In this document: in pieces, positions 33,956 through 43,277 of the stretch | Position numbering within the stretch: the first letter of the stretch is position 1 | Layout: the number at the start of each line of letters is the position of its first letter | Source: an uncultured Anaerolineaceae bacterium | GTDB taxonomy: Bacteria; Chloroflexota; Anaerolineae; Anaerolineales; DRMV01 | Length of the DNA stretch: 64,000 bases | Assembly (NCBI GenBank): GCA_964446575.1 | Contig: CAYUOX010000052.1 | Coordinates: 180-64,179, forward strand | Reading direction: 5' to 3' | The notes under the pieces: model-generated | What the model saw: only the letters and a program-made list of their open reading frames with translations | The model's database searches: none | Told to the model about the DNA's origin: nothing | Position numbers and translations under genes: made by a program

Positions 33956-35398
33956 TTAGTAGTCGAAATGGGCTTCATGGCCATGTGGCCCCAGCAGCAC
34001 CCTCCAGCGGGCGCGCTGGGCCCAGAGGTCTGCCCCCCAAGCGGCCAGCAGCAGGGCTTGGGCGGCGCGTCCGGCCCAACGCCGCCATGCGCCGCCGGGC
34101 GCGGCTTCGGCCGCGCGCCATTGCTCGCGATAGGCCCAAGTCCAGGCTGCGGCCGAGGCGAGGAAAGGCACCAGGGCCAAGTGCATGCGCGGGTCGGCCA
34201 AAATGAGCGCGTGGGGCGCGGTGTAGGCGAGGGCGAAGGCCAGGGCCCAAGCCCAGCCGGGGCCACGGCGTCCGTGGGCCCAAGTGCGTATCGCCATCAT
34301 CATGAGCAGGGCGAAAGGACTCAGCCACACTACCAGGACCCCGATAAGCACCGCGCGCGGCCAGGCTCCCAGTACGCCGTTGCTGTATAAATACATGAGC
34401 ACCCGCTTTTCCAGACCATAGAACGCGGTCAGGCGATGGAGCGTTCGGCGCAGAAATTCGCCCACGCCCTCTTGGCGGATGAACGCCCACGCGCGCGCCC
34501 GCGCCACTGCGTCTCGTTCGGCATCGTCCACGATGTACAGCAACTCCTGCGCCGCGGGCGGGTAGAACGTGCCGTCGCCGTCGGGATGCGCGCCGATGTA
34601 CAGATTGTAGCCGCCCGAGGTCTCGAGCCAGACCCAGCGGCCATGCAAGCGGGCGTTGCGCACCAGCCAAGGGCCACAAAGGGCGACCAGCACGGCCAGC
34701 GCGGTGACCACGCTGCGCGCGCGGGCCCTCTTGGCCGTCCACGCGCGCGCGAGCACCAGCGGGACGAACACCGCGGCCACCGAGCGGGTCAGCATGGCCA
34801 GCCCCAACACCCCGGCCGTGGCCGCGGCCCAGCGCGGCGCGGCCGATGCCCGCGGCCCGCGAACCAACAGCACCAGCAACCCCAGGCTCAACGGCAAGAA
34901 CAAGTTCTCGGTTGCCAAGGCCAGTGGCAACAACACCAGCATAGGATACGCACTGACCGCGCCCGCGGCCATATCTGCCGCGCGCGGCCGCGCGGGCATT
35001 AGCGCGCGAGCCAATGCCCAAGTCAGCGGGGCCACCAGCGCGCCCAGCACGGCCTGTGCCAGCCGCGCCGCAAACCAGCGATGCTCCAAGCCGGCCACGC
35101 GATACCACACGGCCAAAAACGCGGGGTACAAGGGGCCGCGAAACGAGGTCGGCAGCCCGCGCGGATCATAGTCAGGATGCGTCGTCGGATCGAAATCAAT
35201 GTACCGTTGAATGAGGGCCACATCCTCCAGCGCGTACCAGCGAAAGCCTTGCCCCGCGGCCAGGCTACGGGCCAGCATGTCATATTGGAACATGTCGTCC
35301 AAACCAATGCCCAGCCCGCGGCCGGCCAGCACCGCGGCCAAGCGTAGCACCAACGCCACCGCAAACCACCACCAGGCGCGACGCGCGGCGGCCCTCAT
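33956..35398 (-). CDS. GT-C fold membrane glycosyltransferase (GT39/PMT_2, ArnT-like)
   Basis: 480 aa and polytopic. The N-terminal loop 'GIGLDDMFQYDMLARSLAAGQGF' and 'PLYPAFLA' are typical of dolichyl-/undecaprenyl-phosphate-sugar-dependent transferases. Confidence 0.7.
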   Translation of the reverse strand: MRAAARRAWWWFAVALVLRLAAVLAGRGLGIGLDDMFQYDMLARSLAAGQGFRWYALEDVALIQRYIDFDPTTHPDYDPRGLPTSFRGPLYPAFLAVWYRVAGLEHRWFAARLAQAVLGALVAPLTWALARALMPARPRAADMAAGAVSAYPMLVLLPLALATENLFLPLSLGLLVLLVRGPRASAAPRWAAATAGVLGLAMLTRSVAAVFVPLVLARAWTAKRARARSVVTALAVLVALCGPWLVRNARLHGRWVWLETSGGYNLYIGAHPDGDGTFYPPAAQELLYIVDDAERDAVARARAWAFIRQEGVGEFLRRTLHRLTAFYGLEKRVLMYLYSNGVLGAWPRAVLIGVLVVWLSPFALLMMMAIRTWAHGRRGPGWAWALAFALAYTAPHALILADPRMHLALVPFLASAAAWTWAYREQWRAAEAAPGGAWRRWAGRAAQALLLAAWGADLWAQRARWRVLLGPHGHEAHFDY

Positions 35399-35399
35399 G

Positions 35400-36209
35400 T
35401 TACGCCTCCGGTGTCAGGGTGTAACACTCTTCGCGCCGGTCATCCAGCACCGGAAACCCGGCGCGACGTTGCGCGGTTTGGCCGAAATCCAGCGTGGCGT
35501 ACACAATGCCTTCGCGCGTCCCGCCGTGCTGTTGCACGTGCCCCCACGGGTCGACCACCATTGAGCCGCCGCCGAAGGGGCCATAGCGCCCTGGCCCCAC
35601 TCGATTGACCGCGGCCACAAAGAGCACGTTTTCGACCGCGCGCGCCTGCACGAGCACATCCCAATGCGCGCGGCGAGCCATGGGCCACGCGGCCATCAGC
35701 AGCAGGCCTTGCGCGCCGGCCAACGCGTACGCTCGGGCCAACTCCGGAAACCGCACATCATAGCACACCAGCACCCCCACGCGGCCCCACGGCAGTTCCC
35801 ATAGCCGTGGCGCACAGCCTGGGCTTAGGGCTTGGTCTTCGTGCATGCCGCTAAACAGGTGAATTTTGCGGTAGGGCGGCAGCACCTGCCCCTGCGGCCC
35901 TACGGCGATGGCCGTGTTATACCGCCGACCGTCGGCGTCGCGTTCCAGCAGCGAACCCACCAGCCATAGGCCGTAAGTTTGGGCCCAGGCGCGCATTTGG
36001 CGCACCGTCTCGCCTTGGGGGATGGGCTCCGCCAGGGCCGTGGCCGCGGTGAGGTCCATGCCCGTGGTCCACAGTTCGGGCAGCATCACCAGCCGCGCGC
36101 CTCGGGACGCGGCGCGCGCCACCGCCGCGCGCGCCCGGTCGCGATTGGCCTCGACTTGGGCATCGCGCACGGCCATCTGCACCAACGCGACGGTCACCGA
36201 CGGTCCCAT
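35400..36209 (-). CDS. Carbon-nitrogen hydrolase (nitrilase superfamily)
   Basis: 'VALVQMAV...ANRDRA...GARLVMLPELWTTG' (catalytic Glu), 'YRKIHLF' (Lys) and 'GVLVCYDVRFPE' (Cys). Confidence 0.88.
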   Translation of the reverse strand: MGPSVTVALVQMAVRDAQVEANRDRARAAVARAASRGARLVMLPELWTTGMDLTAATALAEPIPQGETVRQMRAWAQTYGLWLVGSLLERDADGRRYNTAIAVGPQGQVLPPYRKIHLFSGMHEDQALSPGCAPRLWELPWGRVGVLVCYDVRFPELARAYALAGAQGLLLMAAWPMARRAHWDVLVQARAVENVLFVAAVNRVGPGRYGPFGGGSMVVDPWGHVQQHGGTREGIVYATLDFGQTAQRRAGFPVLDDRREECYTLTPEA

Positions 36210-36222
36210 ATGGCCTCCTGGT

Positions 36223-37926
36223 TTAGGGCTCGGCCCGAAAGCGTCGCAGCACAATGCCCCAGTCTTCGGTTTCGTTGTAATAGCGGGCCACGTCTTCCAA
36301 GTAGGGCGTCAAATCTTGATAAGGCGGTCGATCATACAGCGCGCGGCCCAACAAGGCATAGTCCAGCCCAATGCGGCGTAAATAGTCGACACGACGGCCT
36401 TGCTGCATGGCGTGCAAATACGCGTAACTGCTGATCAAGCCATCGAGGTTCACCACAGTGCGATCACGCACAAAATAGCCCAAACTTCCGGCTCCGGTGG
36501 CGCCGACGAGGGCGCCGGGTTCGGTATGCGCTTCGACCCAGCGCGCGTAGTCGATGTACATGTGCACACCCGGACGGTCGTGGGCATATGTGCGCACGAT
36601 GCGCCGCGTGAGCGGGACGCCGCCTACCAGCAGCAAGCCCGCGGCCAGCGCGGGCCAAGCCCAACGGGGCCAGGGCCGCGAGCGCACTTTTGCCGGCAGA
36701 TTTTCCCATATCACCTGCGCGGCCAAGGCCATGAGAATGTAGACCAGCAGGTGTTGACTCACCCAATACCAATGGCGCACGCCCATGTGCCGGGCGATGG
36801 TGTAATAGCCCGCGTGGGCGATCGCCCCTACTAACCAAGGCAGCACCCAAGCGCGTTGGACCACCGGCCACCACGCGCGGCGCGTGAACCAGAGCATGAG
36901 ACCGACGATGGTCAGCCCGACGGCCGCCAAGGGTAAACCCTCTCGCCAGGTTTGCAATTCGGGTAGGCCCCAGGCCAAAAAGGTGGCTTCGTGGCGGTGG
37001 TAGAAGTCCCACAGGGGGGTGAGCAAGGGCGACCACGGGCGACCTGGCCGCGGGTCCAAATTGGCCTTGAGCAGGGCAATGGGCCAGGGGTCGGCGCTGG
37101 GGGCGCCATAGGGTGTGCCCTGGCCAAAGGTGCCCCACCAAGCCTTGACCTGACCGCTGACGGGCACGATGCCGCCCACGTAAGCCCAACTCCACAGCAA
37201 GTAGCCGCCCACCAAAACCAGGGGCGGGCCTGCCCAGGCCAGCAGCCAACGCAGGGCCGGCTGCCAGGCGCGGGTGCGCAGCCACGGCCACCACACGCGA
37301 TGTTGTTGGACCAGCATGGCCAACACGACGGCCATGGCCACGAAGATATTGTCCAGCCGCGCCAAAAGGGCCAGGGCCAGGCTCAGGCCCCAGGCGACCC
37401 AAGCGCGGTGCTCATTGCGTGTAGCCAACAAACGAAGGCTGGCCAGCCACAGCCCGGCCAAAGTCAGGGCGTTGAGCGCGCTCTCGATGCTGCCTACCGA
37501 ATACGCGAACACCACGCGCGGGCTGAACACCCACGCCACGGCCAGGGCCCACGCCACACCGCGGGCCATCACGCGACGCGCGGCCCGGTAGAGCACAAGG
37601 CCCGTGAGGCCGTGCAGCAGGCCGGTGAGCAACACCACGCCCCGCAGCGGCAGAATGAGATCGCCGCCGCGGCTCAACAAGGCGTACACTCCCACCAGCA
37701 ACAGCATCCACAGCGGGTGGAACCCATTGGTCGGCCCAAAGCCGTCGAAGGTGACCCCGCGACCCAACACGATATTGCGGGCTACCGTGAAATAGTAAAA
37801 CGCATCGTCGATGTGGAACCAGTTGAGCAGCGAATACTCCGACGCGGTGGCCACATAGCCGTGCACAGCCACGACCCAGGCCAGCAGCGCGGCCTCTTCC
37901 CACGACAAACGCAAACGACGCAACAT
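36223..37926 (-). CDS. Large polytopic membrane protein, GT-C glycosyltransferase-like
   Basis: 567 aa with more than 12 TM helices. The first-loop motif is 'HIDDAFYYFTVARNIVLGRGVTFDG...TNGFHPLW'. Confidence 0.6.
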   Translation of the reverse strand: MLRRLRLSWEEAALLAWVVAVHGYVATASEYSLLNWFHIDDAFYYFTVARNIVLGRGVTFDGFGPTNGFHPLWMLLLVGVYALLSRGGDLILPLRGVVLLTGLLHGLTGLVLYRAARRVMARGVAWALAVAWVFSPRVVFAYSVGSIESALNALTLAGLWLASLRLLATRNEHRAWVAWGLSLALALLARLDNIFVAMAVVLAMLVQQHRVWWPWLRTRAWQPALRWLLAWAGPPLVLVGGYLLWSWAYVGGIVPVSGQVKAWWGTFGQGTPYGAPSADPWPIALLKANLDPRPGRPWSPLLTPLWDFYHRHEATFLAWGLPELQTWREGLPLAAVGLTIVGLMLWFTRRAWWPVVQRAWVLPWLVGAIAHAGYYTIARHMGVRHWYWVSQHLLVYILMALAAQVIWENLPAKVRSRPWPRWAWPALAAGLLLVGGVPLTRRIVRTYAHDRPGVHMYIDYARWVEAHTEPGALVGATGAGSLGYFVRDRTVVNLDGLISSYAYLHAMQQGRRVDYLRRIGLDYALLGRALYDRPPYQDLTPYLEDVARYYNETEDWGIVLRRFRAEP

Positions 37927-38050
37927 AGTGGCTCCTGCGGCGCGAGGATGGTTTCGATTGTACCGCGAATGCGGCTTTGACGCTGCCCTGACGGCCCGGC
38001 TTTAAGATGCGCGTGTCGGTTCTGAGGCTTCGACTCTGAGGAGGCGAATC

Positions 38051-39565
38051 ATGGGCAAAATCCGCGGATGGGTGTTGGGGCTGGGTCTCTTGGCGTTGTG
38101 GCTGGGGCTTTGGGGGACAGGCTCCGCGTGGGCCAACGCCGCGCCCCCCGAAAGCGCCAGTGGCGCCGGACCCGCACCCGACGCGTCGTCCACCCAGGTG
38201 CGCATGGTGTCCGAGCGCGTCGTGCTCACCGTCGCGGCCGATGGGCGCCGAGCCACCGTGCACGGGCAATACTGGCTGCGCAACGAGGGCGCGCAAACCG
38301 AAACCCTGGCCGTACGTTTTCCCTTGTCCTATTTGACTGACGAAGGCAGCGCGCGTGCGCCTTGCCCTGAAATTCGCGATTTGCAAATCCAGGTCGATGG
38401 CCGCGCGGTGTCGTGGTCCCGGCAGCCAGGGCCCGCCACGTCGTTTTGTCATGCTGACACCGCCCCCTGGGCCGTGTTCGAGGTCACTTTCCCGCCGGGG
38501 CAGGAGGTCGTGATCGAAGCGACCTACACCCAAGACGCGTGGGGGCATGAGCCTTATTGGGTGCTGACTTACATCGTCGAAACCGGCGCGGGGTGGTATG
38601 GCACCATTGGCCAAGGTGAAATCCAAGTGGTCATGCCTTACTCGGTCTCGCCGGCCAACATTGTGCTGGACGGTCCGTATGGCCATGGCTCCATTGGCTA
38701 CGGGCGCACGACGCCCGAGCCGCGTTTGGAAGGCCAAACCCTGACTTGGACCTTCAATGACCTGGAGCCCGATGCGCAAGACAACCTTTGGGTGTTGTAT
38801 GTAGACCCCGCGTTGTGGGCCGAGGTCGAGGCGCGCCGCGCCGACGTGCGCGCCCGGCCCCAAGATGGCGATGCCTGGGGCTTCTTGGGGTTGGCCTTGA
38901 AGCGGGTGTTGGCCGTGCCGATAGGGTGGGACATGGCGCGAGGGCTGCGCACCGATCCGGGCGCGCAGGCGTTGCTGCGCGAAGCGTTGGACGCCTACGC
39001 GCAGGCGGTGGCCTTGCGGCCCAACGACCCTGATTGGCACTTTGGCTATGGGGAACTCCTGACCGCGGCCGCGCAAACGTTGCTCGACACGGGGGGCGAC
39101 CCGGCCCAGGCCCACGCCTACCGGGCCGAGGCCGCGCGCGAATTGGCGCAAGCCTTGGCGTTGGATCCGCAGCACGCGAAGACGCGCGCGTTTTTGCAGA
39201 ACTACGGCCGCCTGCTGGAGGGCTGGGTCACAGTGCAAGGCGATGTGGTGACTTTCGTAGGGTTGACGGCCACCCCGCCCGCGCCCACACCGCGGCCTGG
39301 CGCGGCCACACCCACGCCGAACGCGGGGCAAGCCCTGCCCCCAGGGGAGCCTGAGGCCACGCCCACGGCGGCCGAACCATTTGTGCCTGCGCCAGTTGGG
39401 CCTTCGGTAGGCACCGCGGCCGACGAGCCGGTTGCCAGCAGCAACGGTTGGCTGTGGTGGCTGTTGGCCTTAGGGCTGTGCGGTGGGGTGTTCGCGGTAG
39501 GGGTGGGCCTGCTGTGGCTTTTGGGGCGCTCCCGTCGCGAGCAGCCTCCTCGGGAGGGGCGCTAA
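38051..39565 (+). CDS. Secreted, C-terminally membrane-anchored protein of unknown function
   Basis: GAGGAGG RBS. Signal peptide 'LLALWLGLWGTGSAWA', then a beta-rich domain, a helical TPR-like region, a Pro/Thr linker and the terminal TM 'WLWWLLALGLCGGVFAVGVGLLWLL'. Confidence 0.65.
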   Translation: MGKIRGWVLGLGLLALWLGLWGTGSAWANAAPPESASGAGPAPDASSTQVRMVSERVVLTVAADGRRATVHGQYWLRNEGAQTETLAVRFPLSYLTDEGSARAPCPEIRDLQIQVDGRAVSWSRQPGPATSFCHADTAPWAVFEVTFPPGQEVVIEATYTQDAWGHEPYWVLTYIVETGAGWYGTIGQGEIQVVMPYSVSPANIVLDGPYGHGSIGYGRTTPEPRLEGQTLTWTFNDLEPDAQDNLWVLYVDPALWAEVEARRADVRARPQDGDAWGFLGLALKRVLAVPIGWDMARGLRTDPGAQALLREALDAYAQAVALRPNDPDWHFGYGELLTAAAQTLLDTGGDPAQAHAYRAEAARELAQALALDPQHAKTRAFLQNYGRLLEGWVTVQGDVVTFVGLTATPPAPTPRPGAATPTPNAGQALPPGEPEATPTAAEPFVPAPVGPSVGTAADEPVASSNGWLWWLLALGLCGGVFAVGVGLLWLLGRSRREQPPREGR

Positions 39566-39695
39566 GGCTGTGTCGAGCGCGCGGCATAGGCGGGGCGCGG
39601 CGCGCGGCCGCGTGCTGGGCGGGTGTGCGAGCCGACGCCCCGCGCCGTGCGCGGAGCCGTTCCCCCACTCATGTGGCCGCGTGCCCCGGCAAGGG

Positions 39696-41630
39696 CTATG
39701 AGGAGTCCGGGTCTTGGGCTTGCCGCCGGGCCTCTTGTTCCATGTCCACCAGCACGCGCACCAGTTCTTCCAGAGCGACTTTTTGCTTGCGATACAGTTC
39801 GGCTTCTGAGAGGGCCAGCCGGCGGGCCACTTCGCGGCCTTTTTGGCCTTTGAGGAACTTCAGATCCAAAATGTTATAGAGCAGCCACTCGGCGGTGAAG
39901 CGGCGTTCGCCCGCGGGGCGCAGGCGTTCGACCGCGTCGCGCAATACGTCGCGCAGCGCGTGCATGGGATGGTCGTAGCCGGCTTGTTCCCGCACTTGCT
40001 GCACGATGCGCCATTGCAACAGCGGGCTGGCGCTCAGTTTGGGGCCGCCCCAGTAGTGCCGCAATGCGTCGCGCACCCATTGGGCCAACTCAGGCTCGGG
40101 GGGAAGGTCGTCCAAGGGGGCCAGCACGCGGGCGCGGTCATAGCGCGCGGCGGCCCGCAGCCGCGGCAGGGCTGTGGAGGGGGGAGGGCCGGCTTCCAGG
40201 GCGTGGAGCAAGCGTTGCCCACGCTGCCATTCGGCCAAGGCCCAAGTCATGCGCTCCAGCAGGGGGCGCAGCGCGCGCCACGCGTCCGTGTCGTCGGCGG
40301 GATGCGCGGGGGCTTGGTCTGGGCGGCGCACGCCCACCACGCCCCACAGGCGGGCCTCGGGTTCGGGCCCGCGCAAGGGGAACACCCACCAGCCATCCCA
40401 CGTGAAACCGCGGGCGGGCGGCGTGGCCGTGTGGGCTTGGGCCTCGCGTTCTGCCCAGGCCGTGAGCGCGGCCGCGGGGGGCAGTGGGCCGGCCTCGCCG
40501 CTCACGATCCACTGTTGCACTTGGCCGTCTTCTACCAGCGCAACCCACGCAGCCGGCACTTGCAGCCGATCGCACGCCGCGGCCAAAAGCGCTTCCAGCA
40601 GTTGGCGCACGTCGTGGTCGGTGAAGAGGTTTTGCTGCAGCCGCCACAGCGCGAGCCAGCGCGGGCCCTCTTTCCAGCCCAGCACCCATGCCTCCCACCA
40701 CGGGATGAAAACATCCCACAGGTGTTGGATCAACAGCAAGGCCAGCAGCATGCTCAGCGGCACCAGCCAGGTGTAGGCCGTGCCCCAACGGGCTTCGCTG
40801 ACGCGACGCACCGCGGTGGTGAGCCCCAGGACGGCGATCGCGGTCACAGGGCCCCGGGCCAACCAACGCATCAGGCGCATTTGGACCCACCGGTCGGGCA
40901 GGGGGGCGTTGAAAAAGGCCACCGCGTAGGCCATGATGACCAAGAGCAGCATCACAGCCACGTGGTCCAGCAAGGCCAGCAGCCAGAACGCGGCTTCCCA
41001 GCGCCCGCCGGTGGGAAAGCCCAAGGTGAGGTAGGGGAAGGAGCCGATGCCCACGACCCCGGCGCCGGCCAGCAAGTAGGTCATCCGCCGGCGTGAGACA
41101 GGGCTAAACGTGCGTTGGCGGGCCCGCCAAAGGTTGATCCACGCCCAGAGCATGATGCTGCTGTAATAAAGGGCGAAGGGCACTACGCCCCACGCGGGGC
41201 GAAAGTGGGGCGCGGGTTCGGGGTGCACGCCCTGCCATAGCCATTGGGGGCGCAGCAGCATCACCGCGGTGCCCAGCCCCGCGAGGCCATACACCAGCCG
41301 CACTGCAAAACGACGGCGGCCGCGCGAAGGGCGGCCCGTGGTGGCCAGCACCGCGTCGGAAAAGTGGAGATAGGCCGCGGGCAGCCACAGCGCGCCCAGC
41401 CACAACACCGTGAGCCACAAACGCTGCCCTTCTGGATCAGGGGTTGCGCTGCTGAGGGCTTTGCCGCCATATAAGGCCCCCAGCGCGGCCAACAGCACGA
41501 CATAGGCCGCGGTGATGCGCTGGCGCAGGTTGTAGGTCAAGGCATAGAGCAGCAGGCCCAGGGCGATGATGCCCACGCCCGCGGCCAGGGTTTGGTCCAG
41601 GGTTTGCAGCAGTTGGAGCGCTACGCTCAT
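39696..41630 (-). CDS. Polytopic membrane-bound transcriptional regulator (7TM-type sensor-like N-terminus, central GAF-like region, C-terminal sigma70-region4/LuxR-like HTH)
   Basis: About 9 TM helices in the first 340 aa. The C-terminus 'KGQKGREVARRLALSEAELYRKQKVALEELVRVL' is HTH-like. Confidence 0.6.
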   Translation of the reverse strand: MSVALQLLQTLDQTLAAGVGIIALGLLLYALTYNLRQRITAAYVVLLAALGALYGGKALSSATPDPEGQRLWLTVLWLGALWLPAAYLHFSDAVLATTGRPSRGRRRFAVRLVYGLAGLGTAVMLLRPQWLWQGVHPEPAPHFRPAWGVVPFALYYSSIMLWAWINLWRARQRTFSPVSRRRMTYLLAGAGVVGIGSFPYLTLGFPTGGRWEAAFWLLALLDHVAVMLLLVIMAYAVAFFNAPLPDRWVQMRLMRWLARGPVTAIAVLGLTTAVRRVSEARWGTAYTWLVPLSMLLALLLIQHLWDVFIPWWEAWVLGWKEGPRWLALWRLQQNLFTDHDVRQLLEALLAAACDRLQVPAAWVALVEDGQVQQWIVSGEAGPLPPAAALTAWAEREAQAHTATPPARGFTWDGWWVFPLRGPEPEARLWGVVGVRRPDQAPAHPADDTDAWRALRPLLERMTWALAEWQRGQRLLHALEAGPPPSTALPRLRAAARYDRARVLAPLDDLPPEPELAQWVRDALRHYWGGPKLSASPLLQWRIVQQVREQAGYDHPMHALRDVLRDAVERLRPAGERRFTAEWLLYNILDLKFLKGQKGREVARRLALSEAELYRKQKVALEELVRVLVDMEQEARRQAQDPDSS

Positions 41631-41649
41631 GGCAGGGTCTCGCGCGCGT

Positions 41650-42309
41650 TCAGCCGCCCACCTGGAAGCGCACCCGGCAAGGGGGCCATGGGTTGCCCGC
41701 GTTGTCGATGACCACCAGTTGCAGCACGTATTCGCCGGGGGGCAGCAGGTCGGTGTCCCAGCCCGCGACCAAGACGGCGTCGGTTTTGGGCGTTCGGCCG
41801 ACCTCGATGGTGAGGAAGAGGGGCTGATCCGCGGGCGCGAATTCGACTTTGTAGAAGCCAAAGTTTTCGATCGCGGCCGTGCCTCGGATGTCGATCTCGC
41901 CGCGGACTTGGGCGCCGTCTTGGGGGTAGGCGATGAACACGTGTTGTGGGTCGCATTGGCTTTCCATTTCTTCCAGCGCGGGCAGGGCCGGGGTCGGCGT
42001 GGCTTCAGGGGCGGCTGGGGTGCCCGTGCCCAGGGGCAAGGGCGTCAAATCAGAGGCCAAGGATGTCGGCGCGGTGGGCGGGCTTAAACTCAAAGCCGAG
42101 ACCATAAACACGAACAGCATCAGGCTGGCACTGAGCAACATGCCCATTACGCTTTGTTGTAACCGCTGACGCGCGTGTTCCTCTTCCAACCGAAACGTGG
42201 CGCTGCGCAGGTCGTTCCAAGCCAGCCAAGCCCGGCGCATGAACAAAAGCAGCCCGACCAACAGCAGCAAATAGAGAAAGCGGTCGTAACGCACAAGCAA
42301 GGACAGCAT
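41650..42309 (-). CDS. Membrane protein with extracytoplasmic Ig-like/beta-sandwich domain
   Basis: Two TM helices and a Pro/Thr linker, then 'VRGEIDIRGTAAIENFGFYKVEFAP...PPGEYVLQLVVIDNAGN'. It lies 19 nt upstream of the regulator gene. Confidence 0.55.
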   Translation of the reverse strand: MLSLLVRYDRFLYLLLLVGLLLFMRRAWLAWNDLRSATFRLEEEHARQRLQQSVMGMLLSASLMLFVFMVSALSLSPPTAPTSLASDLTPLPLGTGTPAAPEATPTPALPALEEMESQCDPQHVFIAYPQDGAQVRGEIDIRGTAAIENFGFYKVEFAPADQPLFLTIEVGRTPKTDAVLVAGWDTDLLPPGEYVLQLVVIDNAGNPWPPCRVRFQVGG

Positions 42310-42355
42310 GGTCGTGCCCCAGGAGGGGAAAAAGGTTCTCGCGAGGTGGTATGGT

Positions 42356-42394
42356 AACACAAAGCGAAGCGGGGGCCAAATCCTCGGCCCCCGC
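42356..42394 (-). terminator. Rho-independent terminator after the PNP gene
   Basis: Stem GCGGGGGCC / GGCCCCCGC (42369-42377 and 42386-42394), followed on the minus strand by TTCGCTTTGTGTT. Confidence 0.7.
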
Positions 42395-42409
42395 CTCCAT
42401 GCATGTGCG

Positions 42410-43276
42410 TCACAAGCGGGCCAATATACCCTCCAAGAGCGCGGCCAGTCGGGGTGTCATCACCCGGCCGGCTTCCAAGACTTCCTCGTGGGTGGTGGTG
42501 GTTTCTCCGTCCAAGTTGGCGCGGTTGCTGATGCCCGAAACGCCCAGCACCCGCATGCCGCTGTGCACCGCGGTGACGACCTCGGGCACGGTGGACATGC
42601 CCACCGCATCCACGCCGATGCTGCGCAAGAAGCGCAGGTCCGCGGGGGTTTCGAACTGCGGCCCCGCGATGCCAATGTACACACCTTCGCGCAGCACAAT
42701 TCCCTTTTCCGCGGCCACGGCGCGGGCCAAGTCCATGAGTTCACGGTCGTAGGCCCGTCCCATGTCTGGGAAACGGGGCCCGAACGCATCCAAGTTGGGG
42801 CCGCGCAGGGGCGAAAGCCCAGCCATGCCCATGAGGTTGATGTGATCACGAATGAGCATCAGGTCGCCGGGCTCGAATTCGGGGTTGACGCCACCGGCCG
42901 CGTTCGTGACAAAGAAGAACTCCGCGCCCAGACGACGCATGACCCGTACCGGGAGCCCGATTTGGGCCATGGTATAGCCCTCGTAGTAGTGGGCCCGGCC
43001 TTGCATAATCATCACGGCTTGACCTGACCAATAGCCCAAGATGAGTTTGCCCGCGTGCCCCCAAACGGTGGACTCGGGCCAATCGGGAATGTCCTCGTAG
43101 GGGATGGTCGCCACGACTTCGGCGGCGGACTCGGCCACCGCGCCCAGCCCCGAGCCCAAAATCAACCCTACCCGGGGGGTGAATTCCGGCGCGCGCTCGC
43201 GGATGGCCTGGGCCACCGCGTCGATGTCCTCAACGGTGAAAAAGTGGGGTTTTTGCAATTGCGGACGAACGCCCAT
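42410..43276 (-). CDS. Purine nucleoside phosphorylase (PNP/MTAP trimeric family)
   Basis: 'LILGSGLG', 'GHAGKLILG', 'MQGRAHYYEG', 'VTNAAGG' and 'VGMSTVPEV' motifs. Confidence 0.9.
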   Translation of the reverse strand: MGVRPQLQKPHFFTVEDIDAVAQAIRERAPEFTPRVGLILGSGLGAVAESAAEVVATIPYEDIPDWPESTVWGHAGKLILGYWSGQAVMIMQGRAHYYEGYTMAQIGLPVRVMRRLGAEFFFVTNAAGGVNPEFEPGDLMLIRDHINLMGMAGLSPLRGPNLDAFGPRFPDMGRAYDRELMDLARAVAAEKGIVLREGVYIGIAGPQFETPADLRFLRSIGVDAVGMSTVPEVVTAVHSGMRVLGVSGISNRANLDGETTTTHEEVLEAGRVMTPRLAALLEGILARL

Positions 43277-43277
43277 G

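Noticed and set aside
37412-39331. 639-aa minus-strand ORF
   Set aside because: It is antisense to the signal-peptide protein gene (38051-39565) and overlaps the 5' end of the GT-C gene. It is Arg/Gly/Pro-rich.
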